Assembly: GCA_043817155.1 (NCBI GenBank)
Contig: JBDRHE010000072.1
Location: 1,345-65,344 of the forward strand
DNA length: 64,000 bases
From: Candidatus Omnitrophota bacterium
Lineage (GTDB): Bacteria; Omnitrophota; Gorgyraeia; JABMRN01; RBG-13-46-9
Direction: 5' to 3'
Shown: positions 9,847 through 19,684 of the stretch, piece after piece
Layout: every line of letters begins with the position of its first letter
How positions within the stretch are numbered: position 1 is the first letter of the stretch
The notes under the pieces: generated by a model
Told to the model about the DNA's origin: nothing
Databases searched by the model: none
The model's input: the letters and a program-made list of their open reading frames with translations, nothing else
Position numbers and translations under genes: made by a program

Positions 9847-10941
9847 ATGAACATACTGCACTTGCTTCCCGCCCTTGAGTCGGGAGGCGTCGAGACCGGC
9901 ACGATCGATCTGGCGCTCTCACTTAAAAGACTGGGCCATACCGTTATTGTAGTTTCTAACGGCGGTCAACTTGTCAAAAGCCTGGAAGATAATAAGATAT
10001 CCCATATCAAGCTTCCGGTTCACAAAAAGTCACCATCCGCCATCCTGCTTATACCAAAGATCGTGAGCATCCTTAGATCGCACAACATAGATATCGTCCA
10101 TGCGAAAAGCCGTGTCCCGGCGTGGATAGGCTATTTATCCTGCAAAATATCCGGCACCCCTTTTGTCACAAGCTGCCACGGTTTTTATTCGAAACACTTC
10201 TTCAGTTCCGTTATGGGCCGAGGCCAGCGCGTGATGGTGATTTCAAGGAGCATAGAGATGAGGATGATAGAAGATTTCAAGGTGCCTGCGAGCCGGATCC
10301 GTCTTGTGTATAGAGGCGTGGACCTTTCTAAGTACCCTTACCAGCCTGATAAATATGAAAGCGAAAAGATCTCCTTTATCGTGATCAACATAGGCAGGCT
10401 GACGCCGCTCAAGGGCCAGCACAAATTTATAAAAGCGATGAAGCGTGTCGCCGAAGAGATAAGATCGGTCGAGGCCTGGATCGTGGGCGCGCCGGAAAGA
10501 GGTAAAGAACACTATGTAGAGAGACTGCACAGGGCGGTGCTGGAGCTCGGTATGGAGGGGAGTATAAAGTTTTTAGGTTTACGAAAGGATATCCCCGAGC
10601 TCTTAAAGAAGAGTGATTGCCTGGTGCTCTCTACGAATGTTCCCGAGGGATTCGGAAGGACTGTAGTTGAGGCGGGCGCTATAGGTACGGCTGTATGCGC
10701 ATCTGACGTAGGCGGCCTTAGGGAGATCATAACAGACGGTGTTTCGGGGATACTCTTTCCGCCGGATGACGAAGTTAAGATGGCAGAGGCCATCATAAGA
10801 ATGCTCAGCAGCCGGGATTTCTCGAAAGGCTGTTCAGAGAATCTGCGAAGAAGGGTGGAGAACGATTTTACACTTGAACGTATGACCAAAGAGACGCTTT
10901 CGGTTTACGAAGAGGTCGTGAAGGCCAGAGTACCCGCCTAA
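9847..10941 (+). CDS. Glycosyltransferase family 4 (GT-B)
   Basis: GGVE, HAKSRVP, GRLTPLKG, EGFGRTVVEA motifs. Confidence 0.9.
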   Translation: MNILHLLPALESGGVETGTIDLALSLKRLGHTVIVVSNGGQLVKSLEDNKISHIKLPVHKKSPSAILLIPKIVSILRSHNIDIVHAKSRVPAWIGYLSCKISGTPFVTSCHGFYSKHFFSSVMGRGQRVMVISRSIEMRMIEDFKVPASRIRLVYRGVDLSKYPYQPDKYESEKISFIVINIGRLTPLKGQHKFIKAMKRVAEEIRSVEAWIVGAPERGKEHYVERLHRAVLELGMEGSIKFLGLRKDIPELLKKSDCLVLSTNVPEGFGRTVVEAGAIGTAVCASDVGGLREIITDGVSGILFPPDDEVKMAEAIIRMLSSRDFSKGCSENLRRRVENDFTLERMTKETLSVYEEVVKARVPA

Positions 10942-10951
10942 AGAGCTTTAC

Positions 10952-10980
10952 TTGACGAAAAGATAAACGTGTGTTAGAGT
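10952..10980 (+). promoter_or_regulatory. sigma70 promoter of rpe (predicts leaderless start at ATG 10987)
   Basis: TTGACG-17 bp-TAGAGT with extended TG. Confidence 0.6.
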
Positions 10981-10986
10981 ATGCCC

Positions 10987-11715
10987 ATGCAGAAAGAGTC
11001 AAATAGTGGAGCCCCCCGGACTTTAGTCCTGGGCTCCCTCCATCAAAAACACATATCACCTGCCGCAGTCTGCGGACGGATTAAAATAGCGCCAAGTCTT
11101 CTGGCGGCCGATTTCGGATGCCTCGCTTCAGAGATTGATAAAGCTGAAAAAGCCGGGGCGGATTCGTTGCACGTCGATGTGATGGACGGGCACTTTGTGC
11201 CGAATATAACCCTTGGACCATTCATAGTAAAAGCGATGAGGAGAGTGACGAAGCTTCCATTGATCTCCCACCTTATGATCGAAAGCCCGGAGAAGTATAT
11301 TAAAGAATTCGTCGCGGCAGGAAGCGACATGATCATCTTCCATATAGAGACTACAAAGAGGCCAAAGATGCTTATAGAAAAGATAAAGCGGACTAAAACG
11401 AAGGTAGGGGTTTCGATCAAGCCCAATACGAAGGTCCGCGCCATAAGATCTCTTCTTCCGCTTCTCGATGAGGTGCTTGTTATGACCGTGGAGCCCGGAT
11501 TCGGTGGTCAGAAGTTTATGCATAAACAGCTTCCGAAGATACGGGATATCAGGGAGTCTTTCGCCGGAGACATAGCTGTCGACGGCGGGATAAACCAGGA
11601 GACCGCGGAGCTCGCTGTTTCAAAAGGCGCCAATATACTGATAGCCGGAACGTATCTCTTCGGTGCCAGGAACATGAAGAGCCTCATCCGCAAACTCAAA
11701 TCGATCAAACCCTAA
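10987..11715 (+). CDS. rpe: Ribulose-phosphate 3-epimerase with repeat-derived N-terminal extension
   Basis: IAPSLLAADF, HVDVMDGHFVPN, MTVEPGFGGQ, VDGG; family C fragment at 11006-11061 is in frame. Confidence 0.9.
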   Translation: MQKESNSGAPRTLVLGSLHQKHISPAAVCGRIKIAPSLLAADFGCLASEIDKAEKAGADSLHVDVMDGHFVPNITLGPFIVKAMRRVTKLPLISHLMIESPEKYIKEFVAAGSDMIIFHIETTKRPKMLIEKIKRTKTKVGVSIKPNTKVRAIRSLLPLLDEVLVMTVEPGFGGQKFMHKQLPKIRDIRESFAGDIAVDGGINQETAELAVSKGANILIAGTYLFGARNMKSLIRKLKSIKP

Positions 11716-11838
11716 TTGGGGACGTTTCAACTTTCCTCAACCTCGTTCAAGCAAGCTAGCTAGAGAGGCCAAGCGCATTTTTACAAATTCCATCATAATC
11801 TGGTTTAACTCCGATTGCTCGTGTGGGGCAATTCTTCC

Positions 11839-11953
11839 GCTTGCCCCGTTCCAAATCGCCCTATAAAGGCATTTGGATAAAGAAGATGTTCTTTGCGCAG
11901 AATACTTTTGCAATAGCTAAAAGTTCTAGTGGGCGATTTGTAACGGGGCAAGC
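11839..11953. repeat. Long imperfect inverted repeat (CCCCGTT.../...AACGGGG family H)
   Basis: 23-bp arms with 1 mismatch; related hairpin at 12549-12581. Confidence 0.75.
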
Positions 11954-11994
11954 CGCCGGTCTATTGCAGTTAGCTGTTGGTAATTCGCTAGCCA

Positions 11995-12190
11995 GCGCAG
12001 GCCAAGCGGTCCGGGAGGCTTAAGCATAAAAGATTATGCAGAGATTCTCTCTTCTTGCCTCTTCATAAGGTGATAGCCGGTCTTTAAGGAAATGCCGTAA
12101 GCCAAGACATACGTATGCCTGAACTACCGACTCTCACCTTGTAAAGAGACAAAGAGAGAATATGCGCCTCCCGAACCGCTTGGCCCGCGC
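11995..12190. repeat. MITE-like element with 25-bp terminal inverted repeats
   Basis: GCGCAGGCCAAGCGGTCCGGGAGGC vs reverse complement of GCCTCCCGAACCGCTTGGCCCGCGC (23/25). Confidence 0.65.
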
Positions 12191-12521
12191 AAGTTTTGAG
12201 ACGATTCTTTGCACTCAAGTTGCTCCAGCTTAGGTTTATGGGCGAGAGATAGGGTGGTTATCGGAGAATTACCTTGGAGTAATCTTTTGCCTGCACTGGA
12301 GCCCCTTAGCCTGGGCTTACTTTGCAAAGTTAAGAAATGGCGGAATCATTACCCGAAACCCCCTATTTTTTGCTTTTTCGGTTATATCTTAATCAGGTTG
12401 CAAATGCTTCTTTTAAGAACGAACGAACTTTATGGTTGACATTTATGGGGTAGTCAGCTTTAATAGTCGTCGAGGTTTAAGAAGATGAGGAATCTATATG
12501 TTATTTCTATCACTTAAATAT

Positions 12522-12625
12522 GAGTAAGTAGAGAGTAGCAAGTAGCGAGCCCCGTTAGAAATTTACAATTTCTAACGGGGCGAGAAAGACTCTCTCTACT
12601 CTCTACCTGCTACTCGCTACTTACT
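12522..12625. repeat. Inverted heptamer tandem arrays (AGTAGNR / YNCTACT) flanking family H hairpin CCCCGTTAGAAAT...ATTTCTAACGGGG
   Basis: Directly visible. Confidence 0.8.
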
Positions 12626-12651
12626 GGCATTTGTAAAAAAGAATATAATAC

Positions 12652-14532
12652 ATGTTTTCAAATTGTAAAAGAGAATTCGATGTAATAGTCGTAGGCGGTG
12701 GCCACGCCGGATGCGAGGCGTCACTCGCAAGCGCGCGTCTTGGTTCAAAGACTCTTCTTATCACACAGAAGATCGATAGGATCGGTTTCATGTCCTGCAA
12801 TCCTGCCATAGGCGGTATCGGGAAGGGGCAGCTGGTAAAAGAGGTCGATGCCCTGGGTGGTGAGATGGGAAGGGCTATAGACGCCTCCATGATACAATTT
12901 CGCATGTTAAATTCTTCCAAAGGCTACGCCGCCAGGTCCTCGCGCGCTCAAGCCGATCGGGCCATATATAACAGATTCATGCGAGAACGTGTTCTAGGAC
13001 AGGGTGGGCTGGAAGTCTTAGAGGATGAGGTTGTAGGGATCTCTGTTAAAAATGGCGTCTGCAAAGGTGTAAAAACCGGGCAATCAGGCGAGATGAACTC
13101 CACCGCCGTCATTTTGACACCCGGGACATTTCTGAATGGTGTTATACACATAGGGCTTGAGCATTTTAAAGGCGGAAGGATCGGTGAAGACGCGTCTCTG
13201 GGGTTGTCAGAGAGTCTTGCTGATCTCGGTTTCAAAATATTGACTTTGAAGACCGGTACCACTCCCCGCATAGACGGAAGAACAATAGACTTTTCAAAGT
13301 TGGTGGCGCAGCACGGGGATAGAGAGATAATACCATTCTCGTTCTGGACGAAGAAGATAGACATAGACCAGAAGCCGTGTTTCATAACGCGTACGAATTC
13401 TGAAACGCATAAGGTGATACAGGAGAATCTGGACCGCTCTCCTCTCTATACCGGTAAGATAAAGTCTACAGGGGTTAGATACTGTCCGTCCATAGAAGAC
13501 AAGATAGTCAGGTTCCCCGGGAGACCGTCGCATACGATCTTTCTCGAACCCGAAGGTTGGGATACCGACGATTACTATCCAAACGGGATTTCAACGAGCC
13601 TTCCGAGAGACGCACAGGAGAGGATGGTTCATAGCATAGAGGGTCTGGAAGAAGCGAAGATACTTACTCCGGGATACGGGATAGAATACGATATGGTCGA
13701 TCCAACGAGCCTGAAGCCGACGCTGGAGACTAAAACCGTCAAAGGTCTCTTTCTTGCCGGCCAGATCAACGGAACGACCGGATACGAAGAGGCCGCAAGT
13801 CTAGGGCTTATGGCCGGCATTAATGCCGCAAGGACCATCGGGGGAGAGCCTCCTGTTATTCTCGACAGGTCAGAGGCGTATATAGGTGTTCTAATAGATG
13901 ATCTTGTTACTAAGGGCACGAGCGAGCCGTATCGGATGTTTACCTCCCGGGTAGAATACAGACTGACTGTAAGAGAGGATAACGCTGCGCTAAGATTGAG
14001 TAAGACGGGCCTGTCGATCGGACTTCTGCCGGATAAAAGTTTTCAGGAAGTTATGAAGAGAGAGAAGAAGGTAGGTGAGATCAAGAAGAGACTGAAGGCA
14101 AAGAAAATATATCCGACAAAAGAGATAAATAGTATTCTGGAAGAGAGATTTTCTCAAAGTCCTTTAAAGAATCCAATCAGCCTGGCCGGCCTTCTAAAGA
14201 GGCCCGGTCTATCAATCGAAAACGTGATGGAACTTGCGGCCTGGAAAGATCCTGTGTCTTATTACGAGAAGATCCGGATAGAAGTCGATATCAAATATGA
14301 GGGCTACATCAAGAGGGAGAACGCTTATATAAAGAAGTTTAAGGGTTTGGAGAAGATAAGTATTCCCGAAGATTTCAACTATTCGGATGTAATCGGGCTA
14401 TCGAGTGAGATAAAGGAGAAACTGACAAGCCTTAAACCCCGCTCACTCGGACAAGCAACACGTGTCTCAGGCGTGACCCCGGTAGCGATAACTGTTTTGA
14501 TGATTAAACTACATAGCCGGAATATGAAGTAA
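12652..14532 (+). CDS. mnmG: tRNA uridine 5-carboxymethylaminomethyl modification enzyme MnmG (GidA)
   Basis: [39 protein letters not shown]. Confidence 0.97.
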   Translation: MFSNCKREFDVIVVGGGHAGCEASLASARLGSKTLLITQKIDRIGFMSCNPAIGGIGKGQLVKEVDALGGEMGRAIDASMIQFRMLNSSKGYAARSSRAQADRAIYNRFMRERVLGQGGLEVLEDEVVGISVKNGVCKGVKTGQSGEMNSTAVILTPGTFLNGVIHIGLEHFKGGRIGEDASLGLSESLADLGFKILTLKTGTTPRIDGRTIDFSKLVAQHGDREIIPFSFWTKKIDIDQKPCFITRTNSETHKVIQENLDRSPLYTGKIKSTGVRYCPSIEDKIVRFPGRPSHTIFLEPEGWDTDDYYPNGISTSLPRDAQERMVHSIEGLEEAKILTPGYGIEYDMVDPTSLKPTLETKTVKGLFLAGQINGTTGYEEAASLGLMAGINAARTIGGEPPVILDRSEAYIGVLIDDLVTKGTSEPYRMFTSRVEYRLTVREDNAALRLSKTGLSIGLLPDKSFQEVMKREKKVGEIKKRLKAKKIYPTKEINSILEERFSQSPLKNPISLAGLLKRPGLSIENVMELAAWKDPVSYYEKIRIEVDIKYEGYIKRENAYIKKFKGLEKISIPEDFNYSDVIGLSSEIKEKLTSLKPRSLGQATRVSGVTPVAITVLMIKLHSRNMK

Positions 14533-14756
14533 ATTACAAATCACAAATTCCCTGCCTGCTGCTGCAAGCGGGCAGGCAAATAACAAACATCTTGTCATTC
14601 CCGCGCAAGCGGGAATCCAGACGGAAATGACAAACATATTAGGAAGATAGACTTCTGGATCCCCGCTTTCGCGGGGATGACAAAATATTAGTTTTAAACA
14701 TTGTAATTTTGATATTGTATATTGTTTGTGCTTTGTGTATTGTATATTGTGATTTA
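14531..14756. repeat. Nested: inverted ACAAAT-type heptamer arrays enclosing family E (CCTGCCTGC) and family B doublet (14593-14682)
   Basis: Directly visible. Confidence 0.8.
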
Positions 14757-14768
14757 GCGAGGGATTGC

Positions 14769-15677
14769 GTGAGCAGATACTATTACTCATTCAGTGAATA
14801 CCTTAGTGAAAAATTTAATACTAAGGTTCGAAGGATAGGGCTTAATGCTCACTTTTCGTGTCCCAATAGGGATGGAAAGCTGGATACGGCGGGATGTATA
14901 TTTTGTAACGAAACGGGATTTACAGAGTTTGCCAGGACGAAACTTTCCGTAGAAGAACAGATCGAGAAGTCCATGCAGTTTTATAGAAAGCGTTTTAAGG
15001 CTGAAAAGTTCATTGCATATTTCCAGAATGCGACGAATACGCATAGTACAACCGAAAGACTGAAGGAGACCTACGATATAGTAAAGAGATTCCCGGATAT
15101 AGTCGGCCTCTATATTTCTACGCGGCCGGACTGCGTAGACGAAGAGAAGCTGGAGCTTATAGCAGGTTATAAAAAGAATTATGATGTTTGGATAGAATAT
15201 GGCTTGCAGAGCATTCACGATACTACACTAGAAGCGATCAATCGTTCCCATACACATGCTCAAAGTGCGGAGGCAATCAAGAAGACCGCCGAGAAGGGTA
15301 TTAAGGTAGGGGTTCATATTATACTTGGACTTCCCGGTGAATCGAAGAAGGATATGATGGAGACGGCAAGCCAGGTTGCCGCTCTTCCCATAGACGGTAT
15401 TAAGCTTCACGTCTTTCATGTCTTTAAGGACACGGAGCTGGAGAGGTTGCACAAGAAAGGAAAAGTGAAGCTACTCAAATCGGCAGAATATGTGGATCTT
15501 GCATGTGATCTTTTGGAAAGGCAGAGGCCGGAATGCGTGGTAATGCGCCTTCTATCCGATGCTAAAGAGAGCGCTCTTATAGCGCCAAAATGGATAAACC
15601 GGAAACAGAAAATAATAGAAGAAATAAAAAAGGAATTTGAAAGAAGAGGCACGCGGCAGGGGAGTAGATATGAATAA
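14769..15677 (+). CDS. Radical SAM protein, TIGR01212/YhcC family
   Basis: CPNRDG....GCIFC, YFQ..TNT, TRPDC, EYGLQS; GTG start. Confidence 0.9.
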   Translation: MSRYYYSFSEYLSEKFNTKVRRIGLNAHFSCPNRDGKLDTAGCIFCNETGFTEFARTKLSVEEQIEKSMQFYRKRFKAEKFIAYFQNATNTHSTTERLKETYDIVKRFPDIVGLYISTRPDCVDEEKLELIAGYKKNYDVWIEYGLQSIHDTTLEAINRSHTHAQSAEAIKKTAEKGIKVGVHIILGLPGESKKDMMETASQVAALPIDGIKLHVFHVFKDTELERLHKKGKVKLLKSAEYVDLACDLLERQRPECVVMRLLSDAKESALIAPKWINRKQKIIEEIKKEFERRGTRQGSRYE

Positions 15678-16251
15678 AAGAATTTGCGTATTCGGTAGCT
15701 ACAAGAATCTAGGCAAGAGGAAGCGGGAAGAGATAATAAAACTCGGAAGACTTCTTGCCAAAAATGGCTTTGAAGTTGTGTCAGGAGGATTCGGCGGCAC
15801 AATGGAGGATATATCAAAAGGCGCAAAAGAGGCCGGGGGCAAGACGATAGGCGTAACATACTACAAACGGATCGATGGCCCTTCCAAGAAGCCGAACCCT
15901 TATATCGATGAAGAGATAAGAACGGACACCATCTTTAAGCGGATCGAAGCGATGATGGAGAAGTCGGATGCTTTTATAGTCCTGGAAGGAGGCACTGGTA
16001 CGCTTCTTGAGCTGGCCGCATGCCTGGAATATATCAACAAGGGCCTTATGAAGCCGAAACCGATCATAGCGCTTGGCAGTTTTTGGAAAGTGATTGCCGA
16101 TACCCTTGCCCGCGAAGAGGTGTTGAGCAAAGAGGCCGCAGCTATCTTAAGCGCCAAGACCTGCCGCGATCTAATCATATTCTCAAATAAGATAGAAGAC
16201 GTCGTGAAGATATTGATCGATTCTTTGGCGACTATATCCAATAAGCAGTAG
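15670..16251 (+). CDS. LOG family (lysine-decarboxylase-like) protein
   Basis: VFGS, SGGFGGTME, GGTGTLLE. Confidence 0.85.
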   Translation: MNKRICVFGSYKNLGKRKREEIIKLGRLLAKNGFEVVSGGFGGTMEDISKGAKEAGGKTIGVTYYKRIDGPSKKPNPYIDEEIRTDTIFKRIEAMMEKSDAFIVLEGGTGTLLELAACLEYINKGLMKPKPIIALGSFWKVIADTLAREEVLSKEAAAILSAKTCRDLIIFSNKIEDVVKILIDSLATISNKQ

Positions 16252-16281
16252 CCGGGGCTTAAGCCCCGGCTACTGCTTTTT
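16243..16281 (+). terminator. GTAG-tagged hairpin with U-tract, probable intrinsic terminator
   Basis: AAGCAGTAGCCGGGGCTTAAGCCCCGGCTACTGCTTTTT. Confidence 0.7.
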
Positions 16282-16310
16282 GAAGCTCTTAATAGGTCCG
16301 TTCAACAGTT

Positions 16311-16398
16311 TGTCATTCCCGCGAAAGCGGGAATCCAGTCATGCCACAATGCATTAGAAAGAATACACTTCTGGATCCCCGCTTGCGCGGGGATGACA
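16311..16398. repeat. Family B doublet (ATTCCC-N8-GGGAAT + ATCCCC-N8-GGGGAT)
   Basis: One of 9 copies in window. Confidence 0.9.
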
Positions 16399-16505
16399 TG
16401 ACTTTATTCCAAAAGTAGATCGATATTACTTATTGAAAAGAGGGACATAATTAGTGAGCATTAACAACAGTCCCTTCTTATAGCAATTTTACCACCTGAT
16501 TCCGC

Positions 16506-16534
16506 TTGTAATATACTCCCGGGTATGCTAAAAT
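16506..16534 (+). promoter_or_regulatory. sigma70 promoter upstream of purH / C1 cluster
   Basis: TTGTAA-17 bp-TAAAAT with extended TG. Confidence 0.6.
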
Positions 16535-16589
16535 TTGCTTCTGCGCTATTTAATATATTATCCAAATAGTAGTATGTAAGGGAGGGTTA

Positions 16590-18182
16590 ATGCTGAAGAT
16601 CAAGAAGGCTTTGATAAGCGTGTCGGATAAGAGCGGTTTAGATGAACTGGTCAAAACTCTAAACGAGTTTGGCGTTAAGATATTGTCTACTGGCGGTACT
16701 GCTAAGAGGATTAAATCATTAGGTATAGAGTGTAAAGATGTTTCGGATTATACGGGATTTCCCGAGATGATGAACGGCCGCGTGAAAACATTGCATCCGA
16801 AGATCCACGGGGGGCTTCTTGCGCTCCGGGACAACGAATCACACATGACTCAAGCAAAAGATCATGATATAGAGATGATCGACATGGTGGTGGTGAACCT
16901 CTATCCGTTCGAAAAGACCGTTGCCAGGCCCGATGTGACACTGGAAGAAGCTATAGAAAATATAGATATTGGCGGGCCTTCAATGCTCCGCAGCGCGGCA
17001 AAGAATCACAGGTCGGTCGCCGTAGTAACGGACCCCGCGCGGTACCCGGATATAATAAAAGAGCTTAAAGAGAACAAGGGTTCGCTCTCCAAAAAAACTC
17101 TTATGAATTTGGCCTTTGAGGTCTTCAGACGGACGGCGGAGTACGACGGAGCTATCCATGACTATTTACACGCTACGATGGACGATGGACGACGGACGAT
17201 GGACGATGGACGACGGACGACGGATGAGTTTCCCAAGAGACTGGACTTGACGTTTGAAAAGGCACAGGACCTGAGATACGGGGAGAACCCGCACCAGAAG
17301 GCAGCGTTTTACAAGGCTCCATCTACATCTGAATCCGGTATATGCAATGCCAGGCAGCTTCAAGGCAAGGAGCTCTCATTTAACAACATATTGGACCTTA
17401 ACGCAGCTATTGAAATAGTTAAAGATTTCGATAAGCCGGCCGCGAGTGTCATAAAGCATACAAATCCATGCGGAGCTGCTGTAGCAGACTCTTTATCCAA
17501 AGCTTATTTGGATGCGCTGGATTGTGATAGACTGAGTGCCTTTGGAAGTATCGTGGGCTTTAATGGCGCTGTCGACAAGAAGCTTGCTGAAACGGTTATG
17601 AGGGAGACGGATTTTGTGGAATGCATAATTGCGCCTTCTTTCGAAACGGATGCAAAAGCAGTATTTTCGGCAAAGAAGAACTTGAGGCTTCTCGAAGTGC
17701 CTTACTACAAAAGGACCACTGAAAAGGAATTGGATCTAAAGAGAGTGGTAGGCGGCATACTCGCTCAAGGAATGGATTTAAAAGTGATCAAGGAGAGCGA
17801 TCTCAAAGTAGCTACTACCAAGAAGCCGACAAAAGAGGAGATAGAGTCGCTTCTCTTTGGGTGGATTATTGTGAAGCATGTTAAGAGTAACGCAATAGTA
17901 TTATGCCAGGGAACGAAGACGGTTGGCATAGGCGCCGGCCAGATGTCTAGAGTCGATTCTGTGATCATCGCAGGCCGTAAGGCCGGCAGCAAAACCAAAG
18001 GTTCGACATTGGCTAGCGACGCATTCTTTCCAAAGCCGGATGCAATAGAGCAGGCTCACAAGGCAGGCGTAAAGGCTATAATACAACCCGGCGGCTCAAA
18101 AGGTGATCCTGAAGTAATAGCCGCCTGTGATAAATACGGCATCTCTATGGTATTCACCGGAGTGCGGCATTTTAAACACTAA
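16590..18182 (+). CDS. purH: Bifunctional AICAR transformylase/IMP cyclohydrolase
   Basis: ALISVSDK, GRVKTLHP, LRYGENPHQ, GAGQMSRVD, RHFKH. Confidence 0.97.
   Translation: MLKIKKALISVSDKSGLDELVKTLNEFGVKILSTGGTAKRIKSLGIECKDVSDYTGFPEMMNGRVKTLHPKIHGGLLALRDNESHMTQAKDHDIEMIDMVVVNLYPFEKTVARPDVTLEEAIENIDIGGPSMLRSAAKNHRSVAVVTDPARYPDIIKELKENKGSLSKKTLMNLAFEVFRRTAEYDGAIHDYLHATMDDGRRTMDDGRRTTDEFPKRLDLTFEKAQDLRYGENPHQKAAFYKAPSTSESGICNARQLQGKELSFNNILDLNAAIEIVKDFDKPAASVIKHTNPCGAAVADSLSKAYLDALDCDRLSAFGSIVGFNGAVDKKLAETVMRETDFVECIIAPSFETDAKAVFSAKKNLRLLEVPYYKRTTEKELDLKRVVGGILAQGMDLKVIKESDLKVATTKKPTKEEIESLLFGWIIVKHVKSNAIVLCQGTKTVGIGAGQMSRVDSVIIAGRKAGSKTKGSTLASDAFFPKPDAIEQAHKAGVKAIIQPGGSKGDPEVIAACDKYGISMVFTGVRHFKH
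17175..17223 (+). repeat. Intragenic heptamer tandem repeat (ACGAYGG x7) in purH linker
   Basis: Encodes TMDDGRRTMDDGRRTT. Confidence 0.9.
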
Positions 18183-18271
18183 CACGGTGCACCAGAGCAC
18201 CAGCGCACAGGAGCACCAGTATGAGATTTCTAATTTGGTGCACTTGTGTTCTTGCGCACTTGTGCTCCCGT
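18183..18271. repeat. Inverted octamer arrays (GCACCAGN / NYTGTGC)
   Basis: Directly visible between purH and folE. Confidence 0.7.
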
Positions 18272-18287
18272 AATAAAACGAGCAGAT

Positions 18288-18845
18288 GTGGATAGACAGA
18301 AGATAATAAAAGCGATGAAGATGATCCTGGAGGCCGTGGGAGACAACCCCCGTAGGGCGGATCTTCTTGATACTCCAAGAAGAGTAGCCGACATGTATGA
18401 AGAGGTCCTAAGCGGCATAAAGAAGGATCCGGGCAAAGAGCTCGAGGTTTTACTCTCAGCTGACCACGATGAAATTGTGCTTCTTAAGGACATACCCATT
18501 TTTTCAATATGTGAGCACCATCTACTGCCTTTCATAGGGAAAGCCCACGTAGCGTATGTTCCGAAGGATAATCGCGTGACGGGTCTTAGTAAACTCGCCA
18601 GAGTGGTAGATGTATTCGCCAAGCGTCTCCAGGTCCAAGAGAGGCTTACCACGCAGATCGCCGATACGATCATGAAGAAGCTAAAGCCGAAAGGTGTGAT
18701 GGTTGTCATTGAGGCCGAACACCTCTGCATGAGCATGAGAGGGGTTAAGAAGCCCGGGGTAACAACTGTAACGAGCGCAGTAAGGGGTATATTCAGGAGC
18801 AACTCAAAGACGAGATCCGAGACGTTGGATCTGATACGCTTGTAA
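18288..18845 (+). CDS. folE: GTP cyclohydrolase I
   Basis: [37 protein letters not shown]; GTG start. Confidence 0.96.
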   Translation: MDRQKIIKAMKMILEAVGDNPRRADLLDTPRRVADMYEEVLSGIKKDPGKELEVLLSADHDEIVLLKDIPIFSICEHHLLPFIGKAHVAYVPKDNRVTGLSKLARVVDVFAKRLQVQERLTTQIADTIMKKLKPKGVMVVIEAEHLCMSMRGVKKPGVTTVTSAVRGIFRSNSKTRSETLDLIRL

Positions 18846-18859
18846 GATGATATGGATTC

Positions 18860-18965
18860 AGCGAGTAGCTTGTTAGAGCATTAGCTTATTAGCTTTCTAG
18901 GATAAGAATGCTTTCTAAGAAGCTAGAAAGCTAAAGCTCTAGTAAGCTATCCGCTATATGCTAGT
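18860..18965. repeat. Inverted short arrays (TTAGCTT / AAGCTA)
   Basis: Directly visible. Confidence 0.65.
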
Positions 18966-18973
18966 AATTAGAT

Positions 18974-19684
18974 ATGAAAAACCGAAAGATAGTAACGCAA
19001 GTAGGATCTCTCCCGTACGAAGATGTGAAGGCTGCCGTAGAATACAGCCTTAGGCACGATATACCATTTTTGCCCGAGCTTCCCAGGAAGGGCGACGCTA
19101 TGCTTAACTATATTAAAAATCCGGGAGAGCTTAGTTGCCTGGAAGAATTCAAGAAGCATAGCTTCAAGACGGTTAAGATACAGTGCGTAGGGCCCGCAAC
19201 GCTTGTGATCGGGGGATATAGTGAAGACGAAGCCATACAAAGGCCGCTCGAGCACATATCTAAAATAATTGACGGACTTACTGCTGAAGAGATAATACTC
19301 TTTCTGGATGAGCCGGCCCTTGGTCACGTCGGTTTTGACTTTAGCAAAATATGGGACGCGCTCTTTTCAAGTTTTAATGTCATCTCCGGGGTTCATACCT
19401 GCGGTAACATGGATTGGGATAAACTCTTCAGCTCAAATATAGACATTATAAGTTTCGATGCTTCCGAGTTCGATCTTACAAAATATTCCGGATATAGAAG
19501 CGGAAAGAGAATTGCCTGGGGTGTGCAGGAAGCCGAAAATATCAGGGATTTCAAAACCGGTGATCTTGTGACGCTGCCTTGCGGCCTGGGATCGCCTCTC
19601 CACAAAGTAGATGACTGCGAGGATAAGCTGAATAAACTTAATGACATAGCCCTTAAGATTGCCCAAGGAGGTAAAGATGGCTAA
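18974..19684 (+). CDS. Compact core (MetE catalytic-domain-only) methionine synthase, MesB-like
   Basis: GSLP, IPFLPELP, FLDEP, GVHTCGNMDW, IISFDA, IAWG, LPCGLG; Zn ligands HxC and PCG. Confidence 0.7.
   Translation: MKNRKIVTQVGSLPYEDVKAAVEYSLRHDIPFLPELPRKGDAMLNYIKNPGELSCLEEFKKHSFKTVKIQCVGPATLVIGGYSEDEAIQRPLEHISKIIDGLTAEEIILFLDEPALGHVGFDFSKIWDALFSSFNVISGVHTCGNMDWDKLFSSNIDIISFDASEFDLTKYSGYRSGKRIAWGVQEAENIRDFKTGDLVTLPCGLGSPLHKVDDCEDKLNKLNDIALKIAQGGKDG

Noticed and set aside
16400-16590. ZTP/THF riboswitch expected before purH/fhs
   Set aside because: No consensus motif seen; the predicted leader is only about 50 nt and AT-rich
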